Assembly: GCA_964016885.1 (NCBI GenBank)
Contig: OZ024747.1
Span: forward strand, 46,934,001 to 46,998,000
Source: Eledone cirrhosa
Lineage: Eukaryota
Direction of reading: 5' to 3'
DNA: 64,000 bases
Both the position numbers and the translations under genes were made by a program. The notes below the pieces were generated by a model, which had not been told where the DNA came from, did not search any database, and worked only from the letters and a program-made list of their open reading frames with translations. Every line of letters starts with the position of its first letter. The stretch's first letter is position 1. This document shows, in pieces, positions 1 through 14,996 of this stretch.

Positions 1-1220
<1,220 letters not shown>

Positions 1221-1317
1221 TGCGTATGTCTCTAAAGTCTTAAAGTCTGCGGTGCCGAGACAGGGGAGACGACAAATCAGGGTAGTACTCAATGCAGGGA
1301 AAGAAGCAGAGTATAAG

Positions 1318-1486
1318 GTTGGTTGAAATGGCAGAATCGTTAAAAGGTCAGTCAAACCCTAGTAGTATTTCTTTCACTTCTTTAGGTTCTGACTTCAAAT
1401 CCCGCCAAGGAAGTACTGAGGTCGATATAATCGACTTTCTCCTCCCCACAAAAGGTTGGCCTTTTTGTTTGTTAGAAATCAATATC
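1318..1486 (+). mobile_element. Degenerate tRNA-derived SINE (family S1), internally deleted
   Basis: TGGCAGAATCGTT A-box-like and TTCAAATCCCGCC B-box-like motifs; similar to the intact S1 copies in this window. Confidence 0.6.
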
Positions 1487-1974
1487 TATAATAAATATCT
1501 ATAATCAATATATATAACAAATAAGTCAGACTGTTACGAATGCCTTTCTCAAAACAATATATACGTGGATTGATACAATTTAACCTTTAACTTAAGATTA
1601 ACTATAAAATACTGATTATAGATTAGCATTTGGTTTTGTCTAAGATTATTGCCAAACATTATATACACCTTTCTTCCATCATAAAGGAACATATAGACGA
1701 TGAGAGCCATATTTCTAAACAGAAAATGAAGACTAACTAATTTCATAAATATAGACTCGATTGCAGACAGCGTTGAATGTATACTACTATTGAATATACC
1801 ATTGTATATACAATCTCCATCACACTGAAAGGAAAAGGTAGTAGCTGTGTTGAGAATTGTGGAAAAGTGAGAATGTATTATAAAGATTAGATTAGATACA
1901 TAAACAGATAGACAAGATAAAGAGAAACTGGGATGAAATATGAGGAAATGAGAGAATGAACAAAGGTTTCACAT

Positions 1975-2155
1975 TACAGCACAAGTCTCGCAACTCTTGT
2001 TGGGTGGAAGATGTAGATTATTTCTAAGTACTTGTGTTGTACTTTATTTTATTGAACTCGGGAAGGCAAATTTGTCCTCGGTGGAATTTGTATTCAGAAC
2101 GTAAATTACAACAGATACTGCTTTGTCCGATGATCTGACAACTCTACCAATCCAT
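1975..2155 (-). mobile_element. Old degenerate S1 SINE
   Basis: gtactttattttattgaactcgggaaggcaaa...ggaatttgtattcagaac aligns to the reverse complement of S1. Confidence 0.55.
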
Positions 2156-2609
2156 AATCTTGGGAGACACAAAATAACCATTAGTAGTTCGATTTACTGA
2201 ACAACCTACTTACTGAATTAGCATGTAAACTGGTTTGCAGGTAACTCTCAATTAGAATAAAATTAGGTCAGATTGTGTCAAAGCTGGACCATTGAATCAC
2301 ACAGTGACTCAGTGTGACAGGACCGGTTCAATACGTCAGAGTGACAGAATTTGGTAAATTTAAACCATTAAATCACAGTAACAGGAAATCAACAGATGGA
2401 GTCTATCCAATTTTCCTCATAAGGTTTGACTCGAGTTGAGTCTCTGGTGAAACACATTTGCGAGAAACGATTCACAGTGGGACCGATCTTCATTCCTAAT
2501 GATTGTAAAGCAAATCTGTTAATCCTTCGGCTATGCCTACGTCTATACTTACAACCACACACGCTCACACATATGTATGCATATATACATACATATAATA
2601 CATACATAC

Positions 2610-2707
<98 letters not shown>

Positions 2708-2722
2708 GTATGTATATATATA

Positions 2723-3052
2723 TGGTATCCAATGATGTTGACTTGTTCTTCTTTTTGGTAAATATCATCTTGGTTAAGAGAGTGGGGCTGGCTTTGTGCA
2801 GTGCCTTTGCTCACTATAAAAGCTTCACGGCACAGGCATTGCTTTATATCTGGAGATCTCTCTGCACTTGTCGTCACATGGTACCATGGGCCCAGCACTA
2901 TGTGTCAATAATTGTCACAGGTGTAGCGTTTGTACCAGAGTTTTCAAGTCGCTGGCTGAACTAAAAACCCACACTCGTTCAGCGCATCGGTAGGGGCTCT
3001 CCTACGTGGATATAAAGTAGTGGCCGTACTCGAAAACGAGTTGACAGCCACC
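2723..3052 (-). mobile_element. Unclassified (TA)n-embedded repeat, copy 1
   Basis: About 260 bp are the reverse complement of 8563-8822; both copies are bounded by (TA)n. Confidence 0.75.
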
Positions 3053-3073
3053 ATATATATATATATATGTATA

Positions 3074-3134
<61 letters not shown>

Positions 3135-3520
3135 CGAATGCCAATATTTACATAATTTATGAAATATCAGAAACACATAAATTACCCATACAAAGTCATT
3201 TCATCTTTACAATATATGACAGTGTTTAGTAAATTAAACTGAAATGGATACTAACAAATAAGAAAAGAAACATTAAAAGTGGATCATAATTTCAACTTAT
3301 AGTTTGTTAACCTTTACTTTCTAATACCCGACACTTTTAATATTGTGATTGTTGATGTTTTTGTTATCGTTGTTGGAATTACATTACATTACTATTGTAT
3401 TACCGTTGCATTAACAAGTCAAATGGATATGTTTGAGAAATAAGAATGTCGTTGAGTTAGTTGAAGTTAAGAAAGATCAAGTTATCAAGTAAATAAAACA
3501 AGATTGAGATGAAACGAAAT

Positions 3521-4430
3521 ATAGATAGATAGAGAGATATGTTTCTTTATTAGCCACAGGGGCACAAAAGAAGAGGACAAATACAAAGGGGGAAGTTTAC
3601 ATACAATAAAAACGTGTAAAATACTATGACAAATGCAATTTAAAAAATAATCGATTTTTCTCAATAGGAGTGACATTACATATGGGTAACACATACACCC
3701 GAAAAAGTGTGCAACCCTCATCTCCAGGAGTACGAAGACTGAGTACCCCCTTCCTCGCTTCCTCTTTTTCCTCAACCTACAGGCTGATATAGAGAGAAGG
3801 CCCATTCACTCGAGCCATTCTCGCCATTTTCACCCACCTTTCATAAAACTTGCTGGGGTACAGCACCTCTCTCTCCATCATGATTCTTCTTCCAAAGTGC
3901 TATTTGAAAAAAAGAATCAGTTGTTGGCCGGAGAGAAAGGTGTCTGACCTCAGCCATTTTAGCCTTGTCCACCATACAACCTCTTTCGCCATAGCTATCA
4001 CACAGAGGAAAACCGCCTCTCCTTCGTTTTTGAAGGAGGGTGGCGGTTTGATCATGACAATGGACTCGGTGGTCAACCGGATTGGTCCCCCCCCCCCCCC
4101 GCGACAATAGTCGTTCTACATAGTCCCACAGGTCGGTAACGCCCGTGCAGTGTACGAATGCGTGCGCAACGGTTTCTTCGTCTCGCACGTATCTCGGACA
4201 GATCTTTTTCGAAGGGTCCCTGCCCGGGCGCCCGTGTCTATAGAGCTTGTCTCTAACTGGTAGAGCTCCTCGGTAGCACTGCCAGGCCAGGGACTTTTGG
4301 AAGTTGTCCATCGGTCTCGGACGGAAGGTCCTACCGAACAGACTGGCCAGTTCGTCTTCCTCTACGCCTAGAGTTTCTCCGAGTGCGTCGTCGCACTTGC
4401 TGCGGACCAACCCTCTATAGAATGTCGAAG
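3521..4430 (-). mobile_element. 5'-truncated L1/Tx1-like non-LTR retrotransposon 3' end (zf-RVT-like remnant, frameshifted)
   Basis: LAWQCYRGALPVRDKLYRHG...ICPRY...EETVAHAFVHC...LW motif; AATAAA followed by a TATC-type tail; paralog at 4726-5542. Confidence 0.8.
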
Positions 4431-4464
4431 TGGAGAGAGAGATAGACAGACAGACAGACAGACA

Positions 4465-4559
<95 letters not shown>

Positions 4560-4725
4560 GCAAACAGATAGATATCTTTCTTTATTTTTTTATTTTTTTA
4601 TTTTTTTATTTATTTATTGAATAAATAAATAAATAAATAATGAATAAAGAAAGATATCTATCTGTCTGCCTATTTATCAGTATATAGATAAGCAGACAGA
4701 TAGATAGACAGATAAATAGATAGAT

Positions 4726-5542
4726 TTCTTTATTTACCATAAAGGCATAAAAAGAAGGGACAAATACAAAGGGGGAGTTTACATATAATCGAGTAAAAAG
4801 GGTGTAACATGAAAATAATCGAAAATAACCTCAAAAGGGAGGGGATGTGATGGGGGTGGCACACACCCCCGAAAAAGTGTGCAATCCTTTGCCCGGGGAG
4901 CACATGGAGAAGGTGCTCCCCTCTCCTTTACTTCTTTACCTACAGGATGGTATACAGAGAAGGCCCATTTACACGAGCCATTCTCGCCACTATCACCCAC
5001 CTTTCATAAAACTGCCTGTGGCCAAGCACCTCTCTCTCCATTCTTATCCTTCTTCCGAAGTGATATCGGAAGAAGTAGACCAGACTATGGCCAGAGAGGA
5101 AGTTGCCTGACCTCAGACCTTTCAATCGTGTCCACCAAACAACCTCTTTCAACATGGCTATTACGCACAGAAAAACCGCCTTTGCTTCCTTTGTGAAGAG
5201 GGGAGGCGGTTTGATTGTCATCACGGACTCGGCGGTCAATTTAATCGGCGCCACCCGCGACAGCAGTCGTTCGGCGTAGCCCCACAGATCAGCCACGCCC
5301 GGACATTGCACCAATGCGTGCGCAACGGTTTCTTCGTGACGCACGCATCTAGGGCAAATCTTTTTTGAGGGATCCCTGCCCGGGCGCCCGTGTCTGTAGA
5401 GCCTCTCTCGAACGGGTAGAGCCCCCGGTAGCACTGCCAGGCCAGTGACTTCTGGAAGTTGTCCATTGGTCCTGGGCCGAAAGTCCTACCGAACAGGCTG
5501 GCCAGTTCGTCTTCTTCCATGTCCAGCGACTCTCCAAGGTTG
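4726..5542 (-). mobile_element. 5'-truncated L1/Tx1-like LINE 3' end with a 23-bp target-site duplication in a (GATA/GACA)n tract
   Basis: LPVRERL...CPRC...EETVAHALVQCP...LW and VVWWTR motifs; gatagacagataaatagatagat at 4703-4725 and again at 5543-5565. Confidence 0.85.
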
Positions 5543-6074
5543 GATAGACAGATAAATAGATAGATAGACAGATAGAACCAGCAAACGTATACAGAAAAGT
5601 AGGAAGATAGGAAGAAGAATTGAAGGTAGAAAAAGCGGGAAATTAAAAGAATAAGAACAAACGATAAAAGAAAATGTAAATTAATCCGAACAAAGCAGTT
5701 TTTTCTTGAGATATAAGGATATATTTGTCTATAGTCATTAATAAAACATCTTTTGTACATATCAAATTGTTTTGACTTCACCACTACAAACTGCCATGGA
5801 CTATAATATACTATACAACTACCCTCATTCTCACGATCACCAATATCAGCATCACCGTCATCACCATGACCAGCATCACCATCACTATCACCAACATCAC
5901 CTAATTCACCATCACCTTCAGCAATATCGTTAACACCAAAATCATCATTTTCTTTGACAATTAAATTTCATTCAGAATTGTGGTAATTATTATTTGATAG
6001 AGGTATTATTGTTCATGAAATTGACGTGCACGTGAGTCCATAATGTTATTCTCAGAGAGTTTCAGTAAAACAGG

Positions 6075-6215
6075 CATCCAAACAGTTTCTGTCTACATAG
6101 TTTCACCCACAAGGCATGGGTCGACACGAAATTCTAGTAAATTACAATTTCCCAAATGGCAGCATAGTGGAACTGAACTAGCGACCAATTTATTGTGAAA
6201 AGAAGCGTATAACGG
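6075..6215 (-). mobile_element. Degenerate SINE fragment (second SINE family)
   Basis: cagtttctgtctac...cacaaggcatgggtcg...agtggaactgaact resembles, from memory, a common octopod SINE; not searched. Confidence 0.4.
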
Positions 6216-6625
6216 CCCGACCAGTCTCCAGTCACAATGATACAAAAAAAAACTGTAGGTTTAATTGTCAGAAAGTTACCAATGTTTCCTTACATAATAT
6301 TACTATTGATTAGTAGATCATCATAGACATTTTTTTAATAAGGTGCAAAGTTATTTACAGTTCGATTAATACATGTGAATGAATATACACAAAAATACAC
6401 ATGTCGAAAGACGTACAGAAGTGTCACCCAGAGATTCTTTATTTTGTTATGGGCGCACAGGAATTATACCAGCATAGCGGTTCCCCGCTTTGTTGTGCAA
6501 ACTGGCATCATCTTAATGAACGAAATTGCACGCCAATGTTGTGGTTGTTGAAATAAAGATGCAACTGTCAATTTGTCGTATGGTATTTATATATATAATG
6601 ATAATGCATGCCCTTTTTCAATAAA

Positions 6626-6665
<40 letters not shown>

Positions 6666-6827
6666 CATATATACATTTTTGTATATGCTTTTACGAAGTA
6701 TTCTTTTGTTTACATGTAAAATATATGAATGTATGTGCGCTCTATGTATATGTGCATGTGTGTGCGTATGTACTGGATGAAGTAATCATATATATATGCC
6801 TACAAACCGTCATATATATATATATAT

Positions 6828-6909
<82 letters not shown>

Positions 6910-7171
6910 TTTATATATATATACGTATATATATATATATGCTATTTAGAAAAAAAAAAACGGTGTGTGTTGGTGTTTTGGGTAGAAGACGTTTGAGAAA
7001 GAGATTTGCATATCTTAATATTTATCTAAAACCTATGAATTATTCAGGATAATCTCACCATATTTCAAAACATTCCTGACCTTCACTTCAGTTGTTCCCC
7101 TCTATTTTGGGGACGATGTTGGCAGTTTTCTACCAACTGGTTGGACAGTATCATCCTTCCTACTACTCTTT

Positions 7172-7228
<57 letters not shown>

Positions 7229-7343
7229 ATTTTCTTCGTTTTGCTTGACCTTATACTCCCACTGTGTCATGTTGGATAAATATGAAGTGTATAGGAACAT
7301 TTCTTATTACAATATGATATATATATATATACATTTATACATA

Positions 7344-7457
<114 letters not shown>

Positions 7458-7467
7458 AACGAGTAGG

Positions 7468-7563
7468 ACCCCGACGGCTGAGCTCAAGCCGTTTCGACGG
7501 CTAATTCAGGACTAAATGAAAATTTTTATCCTGGTATTTGAATAGCCGAGCTTCTCAAGGGGT
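7468..7563 (-). ncRNA. Type I hammerhead ribozyme, U3-A8 covariant core
   Basis: acccc-TTGAGAA-long stem II (cggct/agccg, attca/tgaat)-GAAA-cggct tgagctc agccg-TC-ggggt; GUC cleavage triplet. Confidence 0.7.
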
Positions 7564-8269
7564 AATTCCATATATGGAAAAAGTGATTGTCACAAGGATT
7601 GGTCAAAAGTTTGTTGTTGAGACATAATAATTCTATCATTGCAATTTGTGGAGGGAAGGGGTAGCTGAACCTGCCATTAGGAGAAAGAGGGAGAGGGGGT
7701 GGAGGAGCCCCAGTCATGCTTTGATAGTGCCGACTACAGCTGGGGGAGGGGGAGGAAGTCGAAACAATAAGGGGTAAATATATAGAAAAATACCGAGAGT
7801 GTTAAAAAGCAATTAAATGTAAAAAAAATAAACATTTTCTGGTTACTACGACCTACGGACAGCTATCAAGTCTCTCACTGGTACTGCTAGGCTAAAGAAA
7901 TGTTTACTAGGTGGGACGGAATTATAATGAGACCCTTTTAAGAGTCAACAAGTGTCAACAAGTGAGGGTCAACAAGTGAGGGGCCAAAATACTAAAGAAA
8001 CTACCACGAAATAATAAATAAAGGTTTCTACCCCAGGCACAAGGCCAGCAACCACCCAGTGCAAAAAAATAAACTAAAACGAAATAATAATTCAGAATCC
8101 CGAAAAAGAATACTAATACTATCTCTAAGGGTGCCGCCACGATACAAAAATTCTAGTGCAAACTACATAAATGCTCGTACGAAATATATGTAAAATTTGA
8201 TACGGAAAATTAATTCAGAATCCCCCCCCCCCCCCAAAAAAAAATTAAATAAATACCATATATGGAATT

Positions 8270-8364
8270 ACCCCTTGAGAAGCTCGGCTATTCAAATACC
8301 AGGATAAACATTTTCATTTAGTCCTGATTTGCCCTCGAAACGGCTTGAGCTCAGTCATCGCGGT
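8270..8364 (+). ncRNA. Hammerhead (family M, U3-A8 core), stems partly decayed
   Basis: acccc-TTGAGAA...GAAA-cggct...agtca-TC-gcggt. Confidence 0.5.
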
Positions 8365-8455
8365 CCTACTTGTTCCTATTACCCACTCTACTACCCTAAG
8401 TATTGAGTACTTTGGTGTGTTATGGTCCACCTTGTTCCTTACCACATTTCTTCCG

Positions 8456-8548
<93 letters not shown>

Positions 8549-8562
8549 CCTATATATATATA

Positions 8563-8822
8563 TGCTGGTTGCCAACTCGTTTTCGAGTACAGCCACTACT
8601 TTATATCCATGTAGGAGAACCTCTACCGATGCGCTGAACAAGTGTGTCTTTTTAGTCCAGCCGGCGACTTGAAAACTCTGGTACAAACACTACACTTGTG
8701 ACAATTATTGACACATTGTGCTGGGCCCATGGTACCATGTGACGACAAGTGCAGAGAGATCTCCAAATATAAAGCAATGCCTGTGCCGTGAAGCTTTTAT
8801 AGTGAGCAAAGGCACTGCACAA
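8563..8822 (+). mobile_element. Unclassified (TA)n-embedded repeat, copy 2
   Basis: Reverse complement of 2793-3052. Confidence 0.75.
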
Positions 8823-8851
8823 ATATATATATATACATATATTTATACATA

Positions 8852-8891
<40 letters not shown>

Positions 8892-8900
8892 GATATATAT

Positions 8901-9123
8901 GTGTCGAATGGTAGCTAAGATGCTTCCATAGGCGGTATGCCGGTTGACCACTCTATGCTCTTACAGAGCAGAGTATGCTCCGAAATCATTAGACGTGTCC
9001 GTCGAACCTGCGGGTCCAGAATCAGACTGATCCACAAAATGATCGCGTCTCGAGCTGTCCGCCGGCGAAACAATTGTAACACACAATAAATTGAGTTCAG
9101 ATGCATCACTGATTTTTCGTTTT
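8901..9123. mobile_element. Family L module with degenerate HHR at 8995-9082 (+)
   Basis: Shares gcggtatgccg...gctctta.agagcagagtat with 57049-57092; gtgt-CCGTCGA...GAAA-caattg-TA-acac. Confidence 0.55.
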
Positions 9124-9306
9124 ATATTATATTATATATATATATATATATATATTTATTTATTTATTTAGGTTTTTTGGTTCACCACTGGATAGAACTG
9201 GTCATTCCGTATGGTCAATCTCGATGTAATATTATGGAGAGTACTCAACGTAATGCAACTCAGCCGTCTTCTTTTGTGTAGTTGGTGGTGCGGGTACGGA
9301 GTTAAT

Positions 9307-9388
9307 TATTATAAAATAACATGAGGCTGGACTGGTGTAAATCCCTGAAAGGATTTACACCAGTCCAGCCTCCTGTTATTTTATAATA
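9307..9388. repeat. Near-perfect hairpin with ~38-bp arms (fold-back end of a small TA-embedded module)
   Basis: tattataaaataacatgaggctggactggtgtaaatcc / ggatttacaccagtccagcctcctgttattttataata. Confidence 0.85.
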
Positions 9389-9889
9389 TAAATATATATA
9401 TAAGAAAGTAAGTCCATAGAATCATTAGATAAAATATATACAGTATTTCTTCTCCCAATCAGCATAATCAACCATACAAAAAATCAATCAAACGACACTA
9501 TAAGTTTAAAATATACCTATGAAGAAACAATAGATAAATAAATGATAGCTTTTTATCCGCAATTCACAGCCACAGAAAATTTACCTAGTATTTCTGACAG
9601 CCTGTAGACATATAGCTAACCATACATAATTTGGTACAAAATCAAAGTTAGAAGAAAAAATGTACATAAACATACCAAAATCATCAAAATATATCTCTGA
9701 TTGTTGATTATTATATTGATTATATTGATTATTATATATTGCTCTGATTGTTGATTATTTAATTAATTAATTCTTCATTAAGCCACACCGTGAATGGTTG
9801 CCAAAAAGATATATACCTGTATCTATGGCTCTGTCTAGTTTATGTGTATGTAAACTTCTAAATTACATATATATATATATATATATATA

Positions 9890-10097
9890 TAACGGAGGAA
9901 ATGTGGTAAGGAACCAGGTGGACCATAACGCACCAGAGTACTCAATACTTAGGTTAGTGGAGTGGGTAATAGGAAAATCTTTAACCCCGACGGCAGAGCT
10001 CAAGCCGTTTCGACGGCTATTTTGGGACGAAATAGCCGTCCAGAAATAGCCGTCGAAACGGCTTGAGCTCTGCCGTCGGTGTTAAACATTTTCCTAT
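9890..10097. mobile_element. Family M fold-back fragment
   Basis: Homologous to 8330-8457 (reverse complement), with an internal inversion near 10030-10043. Confidence 0.75.
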
Positions 10098-10100
10098 ATA

Positions 10101-10157
<57 letters not shown>

Positions 10158-10161
<4 letters not shown>

Positions 10162-10525
10162 GATAACAAAATATCGTTATAGGTAATCCAGTTAGAGTTT
10201 GTGAATACTTCGTATTATGGATAGTTTTAGCGTACGGCATTGTTTGACTCAACAATGGGTTTACGTAGGTGGCGTGTTTATGAGTTCTCTTGTATTCCTA
10301 TGTAAGTTTATCTTGGAGTAATAATATTGAAAGAGTGAAGAATAACATGATCATCAGTACAAAAAAGTTTCTCCGATGATCTGGTTATGCTAACAACGTA
10401 TTTAAAATTGAATGGCACAGCTCCAAGTTTTCAGCAATTTTTAGACAACTTAATCAGTGAAACAATTGTTAGACCGTAAATAAAACCCTTTTTTGTACTG
10501 TTGACCATATTATTCTTCACTCTTT

Positions 10526-10530
<5 letters not shown>
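10158..10530. mobile_element. Family K fold-back module
   Basis: 10325-10367 is inverted at 10488-10530; 3' end homologous to 34850-34936 and 50890-51058. Confidence 0.75.
10367..10475 (+). ncRNA. Hammerhead with U4C core and long stem II insert (family K)
   Basis: tct-CCGATGA-tctggtta...taatcagt-GAAA-caattg-TT-aga. Confidence 0.55.
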
Positions 10531-10586
<56 letters not shown>

Positions 10587-10671
10587 GTAGGAGGTGAGTT
10601 TTATTGTAACACAATAAAGCAATGCAAATATCGGATAAGTAGCACTCTACTGTTTGTTGGACTGGAGTATA

Positions 10672-10833
10672 AATAATTGTTTCTACGTTAGGCACAAGGG
10701 GAGCATCGACCCCGTAAGGATGAAAGGCAAAGTTAACCTCGGCGGGATTTGAACTCAGAATGGCAAGGGCCGTAACTCTATGCGTCAAAGCATGGCATCC
10801 GACCCTCTACCGATACTGCCAATCCACCGCCTT
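10672..10833 (-). mobile_element. S1 SINE (internally deleted) with TSD tataaataat
   Basis: A/B boxes; TSD at 10668-10677 and 10836-10845. Confidence 0.85.
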
Positions 10834-11082
10834 ACTATAAATAATAGTATATAGACTGGAGTATAAATAATATAAGATCAAAAGATGGCTAAAAGAGTTC
10901 CAATATTTTATTATGCGCATTTCAAAAACAAATATCATCAAGAGATGATATCTGCGTTTTTATCAGATAAAATAGGGATACATGATATGTACGTTAAAAA
11001 ACATTTGTGAATAGTGAAGTTTGAAGTTGATTTAAAACTTCACTATTCACAAGTGTTTTTTAACCTTCATATCATGTATCCC

Positions 11083-11154
11083 TATTTTATCTGACGAAAA
11101 CGCAGATATCATCTCATGATGATATTTGTTTTTTGAAATGCGCATAATAAAATA
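11083..11154 (+). ncRNA. Penelope-type minimal hammerhead (family A)
   Basis: tattttat-CTGACGA-aaac...tttt-GAAA-tgcgca-TA-ataaaata. Confidence 0.8.
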
Positions 11155-11182
11155 CTTGGAACTCTTTTAACCATCTTTTGAT

Positions 11183-11251
<69 letters not shown>

Positions 11252-11289
11252 ATATATATTGATATATCATAAGCCTTCTTCAATCAAGA

Positions 11290-11565
11290 ATGATCATGGT
11301 TTTGTTCCTGGAAAGTTCCCCTCCGAGGTGCAAGTCCATGCATGCCAGTCTCCCCTCTTCTTTCTATCGATGTTGTCCGAGGGAATGGCGACGGTCGACG
11401 CAGCTTTGCACCAGTCATGTCGCAACTCATTTCTACAGCTCAGTGAACAGGAAATAACTGTTTCTACTTTAGGCACAAGGCCAGCAATTGCTCAAGAACA
11501 AAACGCACAGTTCTGGGATTCGAAGTCACAGCTCACGCTCTAACCCCTAAGCTAGGCGCCTTCAC
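11290..11565 (-). mobile_element. tRNA-derived SINE (family S2) carrying a short inserted S1 3' fragment (~11452-11490)
   Basis: Similar to 63376-63662 and 22577-22760; the S1 tail tgtttctactttaggcacaaggccagcaatt is embedded. Confidence 0.55.
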
Positions 11566-11694
11566 ATCATAATATATGAATAATATATATATAACATAAA
11601 TATATATATAACATAAATAATATATATATATATATATATATAATATTCGACGTTCATCTCTTTTCCGTTTACTAGCCTTGAGCCTATACAAAAA

Positions 11695-12065
11695 ATAATA
11701 ATTGTTTCTACTTTTGGCACAAGGCCATCAATTACCCAGTACATTACTGGTATTTTATTTTATCGACCCCGTAAGGATGAAAGGCAAAGTTAACCTCGGC
11801 GGGATTTGAACTCAGATCGCAAAGGGACGTAACTATGCTGGAAAGCATGGCATCCGACTCTCTACCGATACTGCCAAAATCATATATGGTTATCGGTAGA
11901 GGGTCGGACGCCATGCTTTCCAGCATAGTTACGTCCCTTTACGATCTGAGTTCAAATCCCGCCGAGGTTGACTTTGCCTTTCATCCTTACGGGGTCGATA
12001 AAATAAAGTACCAGTAATGCACTGGGTAATTGCTGGCCTTGTGCCTAAAGTAGAAACAATTATTA
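11695..12065. mobile_element. Head-to-head inverted pair of S1 SINEs (11695-11877 -, 11891-12065 +)
   Basis: ~170-bp near-perfect inverted repeat with a ~14-bp spacer. Confidence 0.9.
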
Positions 12066-12761
12066 CCATCATCATTAACGACATCGTGACCATCTTCGTC
12101 ATCATCATCATCATCGTCATCATCATCATCATCATCATCATCATCACCATCATCATCATCACTATCCACATATTCATGTAAAGACGGTAAAGTGGTTGGG
12201 TCGTTATGGTGTTGGATTAAATATGCTCCGGTATTTATCCCGATTTTTTTTACTCTGAGTTCAAATGCCTCCGAGATCAACTTTGCCTCACATCCTTTGG
12301 AATTTGAGAGATAAAATGGCCGTCTAGAACTGCAGTTCGTTCTTTCTTTATCCCTTTCTCTGCCTCCCTCACCCGTGTTCATTCCCGGGAAGAAATTCAC
12401 CGTGTTCCAGCCTGAAATGGGATGTGTTACGCCATGTTTAAAAGGATCACGACTAGTCATGTGCCAGGGAGAGTGCTCGTGTGACTCTACCAGGACTTTA
12501 GGGTTTTTGTTGTTGTGCTTGTTGTTGTTACACTCGTTTTTCTTTGTTATTAATGTAATTGTTACCGGTGGTGATATTACCGCCATTTTTGTAACGAGTA
12601 ATGTTATTATTGTGTATGTTAGTGATATTGTTATTGTTATAACAATCAGTTCTGTAAGAAATTATTATTATAACTAACTCTATCACTGACATCCGATTTC
12701 TGTTGGTGCTGATTGTGGTTCTTTGCACATACATATGTGCGTTGGTGGTGCATGTTTATGT

Positions 12762-12830
<69 letters not shown>

Positions 12831-13260
12831 GCGGGGAGGACAGAGGTGTAGGGACAGTGACAGAAAAATACAGAAAGTGAGTGAATTGTATTTTTGTATT
12901 ACGTTCCATAATTATTATTCACATGTTTTTTTTGTTTTTTTTTCAATTACATCCGTATTGTATTTTTTGTAATTCAGTGCGGCAAACTTCATTATATATA
13001 TATGGAGAGAGAGAGAGAGAAAGAGAGAGATGGGGGGGGGGGTTATTACACACATACATACATAAATTAAACCAGAGTGTGCCTTATGTCTAGATTAATA
13101 AACCCGACAAGCTAATTTCTATATAAAATATGTGACAATAAGTTTAATTTATTAATCAGTTACTAATTTTGCAACACCAATGCGTTATTGACCTTACTTT
13201 TTATATTCGTATATATATATATTTCAGCAGGTGTATATATATAAATATATATATATACAC

Positions 13261-13348
<88 letters not shown>

Positions 13349-13382
13349 GTGTGTGTGTATGTGTGCGTTTGTGCATTTGTGT

Positions 13383-13990
<608 letters not shown>

Positions 13991-14054
13991 TATATATATA
14001 TATATATATATACATTTGTGTGCGTATGTATATATATATATATGTGTGTGTGTG

Positions 14055-14139
<85 letters not shown>

Positions 14140-14261
14140 TCGATTTTTGTATGTGTGTGTTTATACTCATTTAGCAAGACGTACCCAATTTTCTGATGCC
14201 TGATGATGTTAATGATAACAATAATGTCTATGATAATAATGGGAGAATGAATATTAATACT

Positions 14262-14446
14262 AATAATTGTTTCTACTTTAGGCACAAGGCCAGCAATTAC
14301 CCAGTGCATTACTGGTACTTTATTTTATCGACCCCGTAAGGATGAAAGGCAAAGTCAACCTCGGCGGAATTTGAACTCAGATCGTAAAGGGACGTAACTA
14401 TGCTGGAAAGCATGGCGTCCGACCCTCTACCGATACTGCCAATCCA
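14262..14446 (-). mobile_element. S1 SINE
   Basis: A box TGGCAGTATCGG, B box GAGTTCAAATT, conserved central CCTTTCATCCTTACGGGGTCGATAAAAT, (ATT)n tail. Confidence 0.9.
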
Positions 14447-14617
14447 ATGATAATAAAACAACAGCAACAATCGATACACATGTTTGTATATATATATACA
14501 TACATATATATATAATATATATATATATTTATTTATTTATATATATATATATAATATATATATATATTTATTTATTTATATATATATATATATGTATATA
14601 TATATGTATATATTATT

Positions 14618-14751
<134 letters not shown>

Positions 14752-14842
14752 GGGGGGGGGTAGTTTTAATGGGTGTAAAAAGGATCCGATGACTTTTTTC
14801 TCGCCAACGCTATAATAATTTCCCAGGGGAAGATTACAAAGA

Positions 14843-14908
<66 letters not shown>

Positions 14909-14919
14909 TACATACATAC

Positions 14920-14956
<37 letters not shown>

Positions 14957-14962
14957 TATACG

Positions 14963-14996
<34 letters not shown>

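Larger units (their letters stand above)
10583..11186. mobile_element. Penelope pseudo-LTR family A, fold-back, interrupted by an S1 SINE
   Basis: 10871-11022 is inverted at 11036-11186; homologous to the pLTRs flanking the GIY-YIG ORF at 17096-18004 and to 38118-38535; left-arm HHR (10904-10974, -) has CTGATAA. Confidence 0.85.

Noticed and set aside
8910-8970. Twister-like motif (TAA...AGCAGAGTA)
   Set aside because: The required L4 pseudoknot sequence is absent; a simple hairpin explains it
11929-12586. Poly-Asp/poly-Met ORFs (also poly-Thr at 7092-7466 and poly-His/Ser/Ile at 26603-26933)
   Set aside because: Trinucleotide microsatellites read through SINE sequence
14262-14446. tRNA genes at the A/B-box sequences
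   Set aside because: They are SINE heads followed by a conserved SINE body and (ATT)n tail; no cloverleaf
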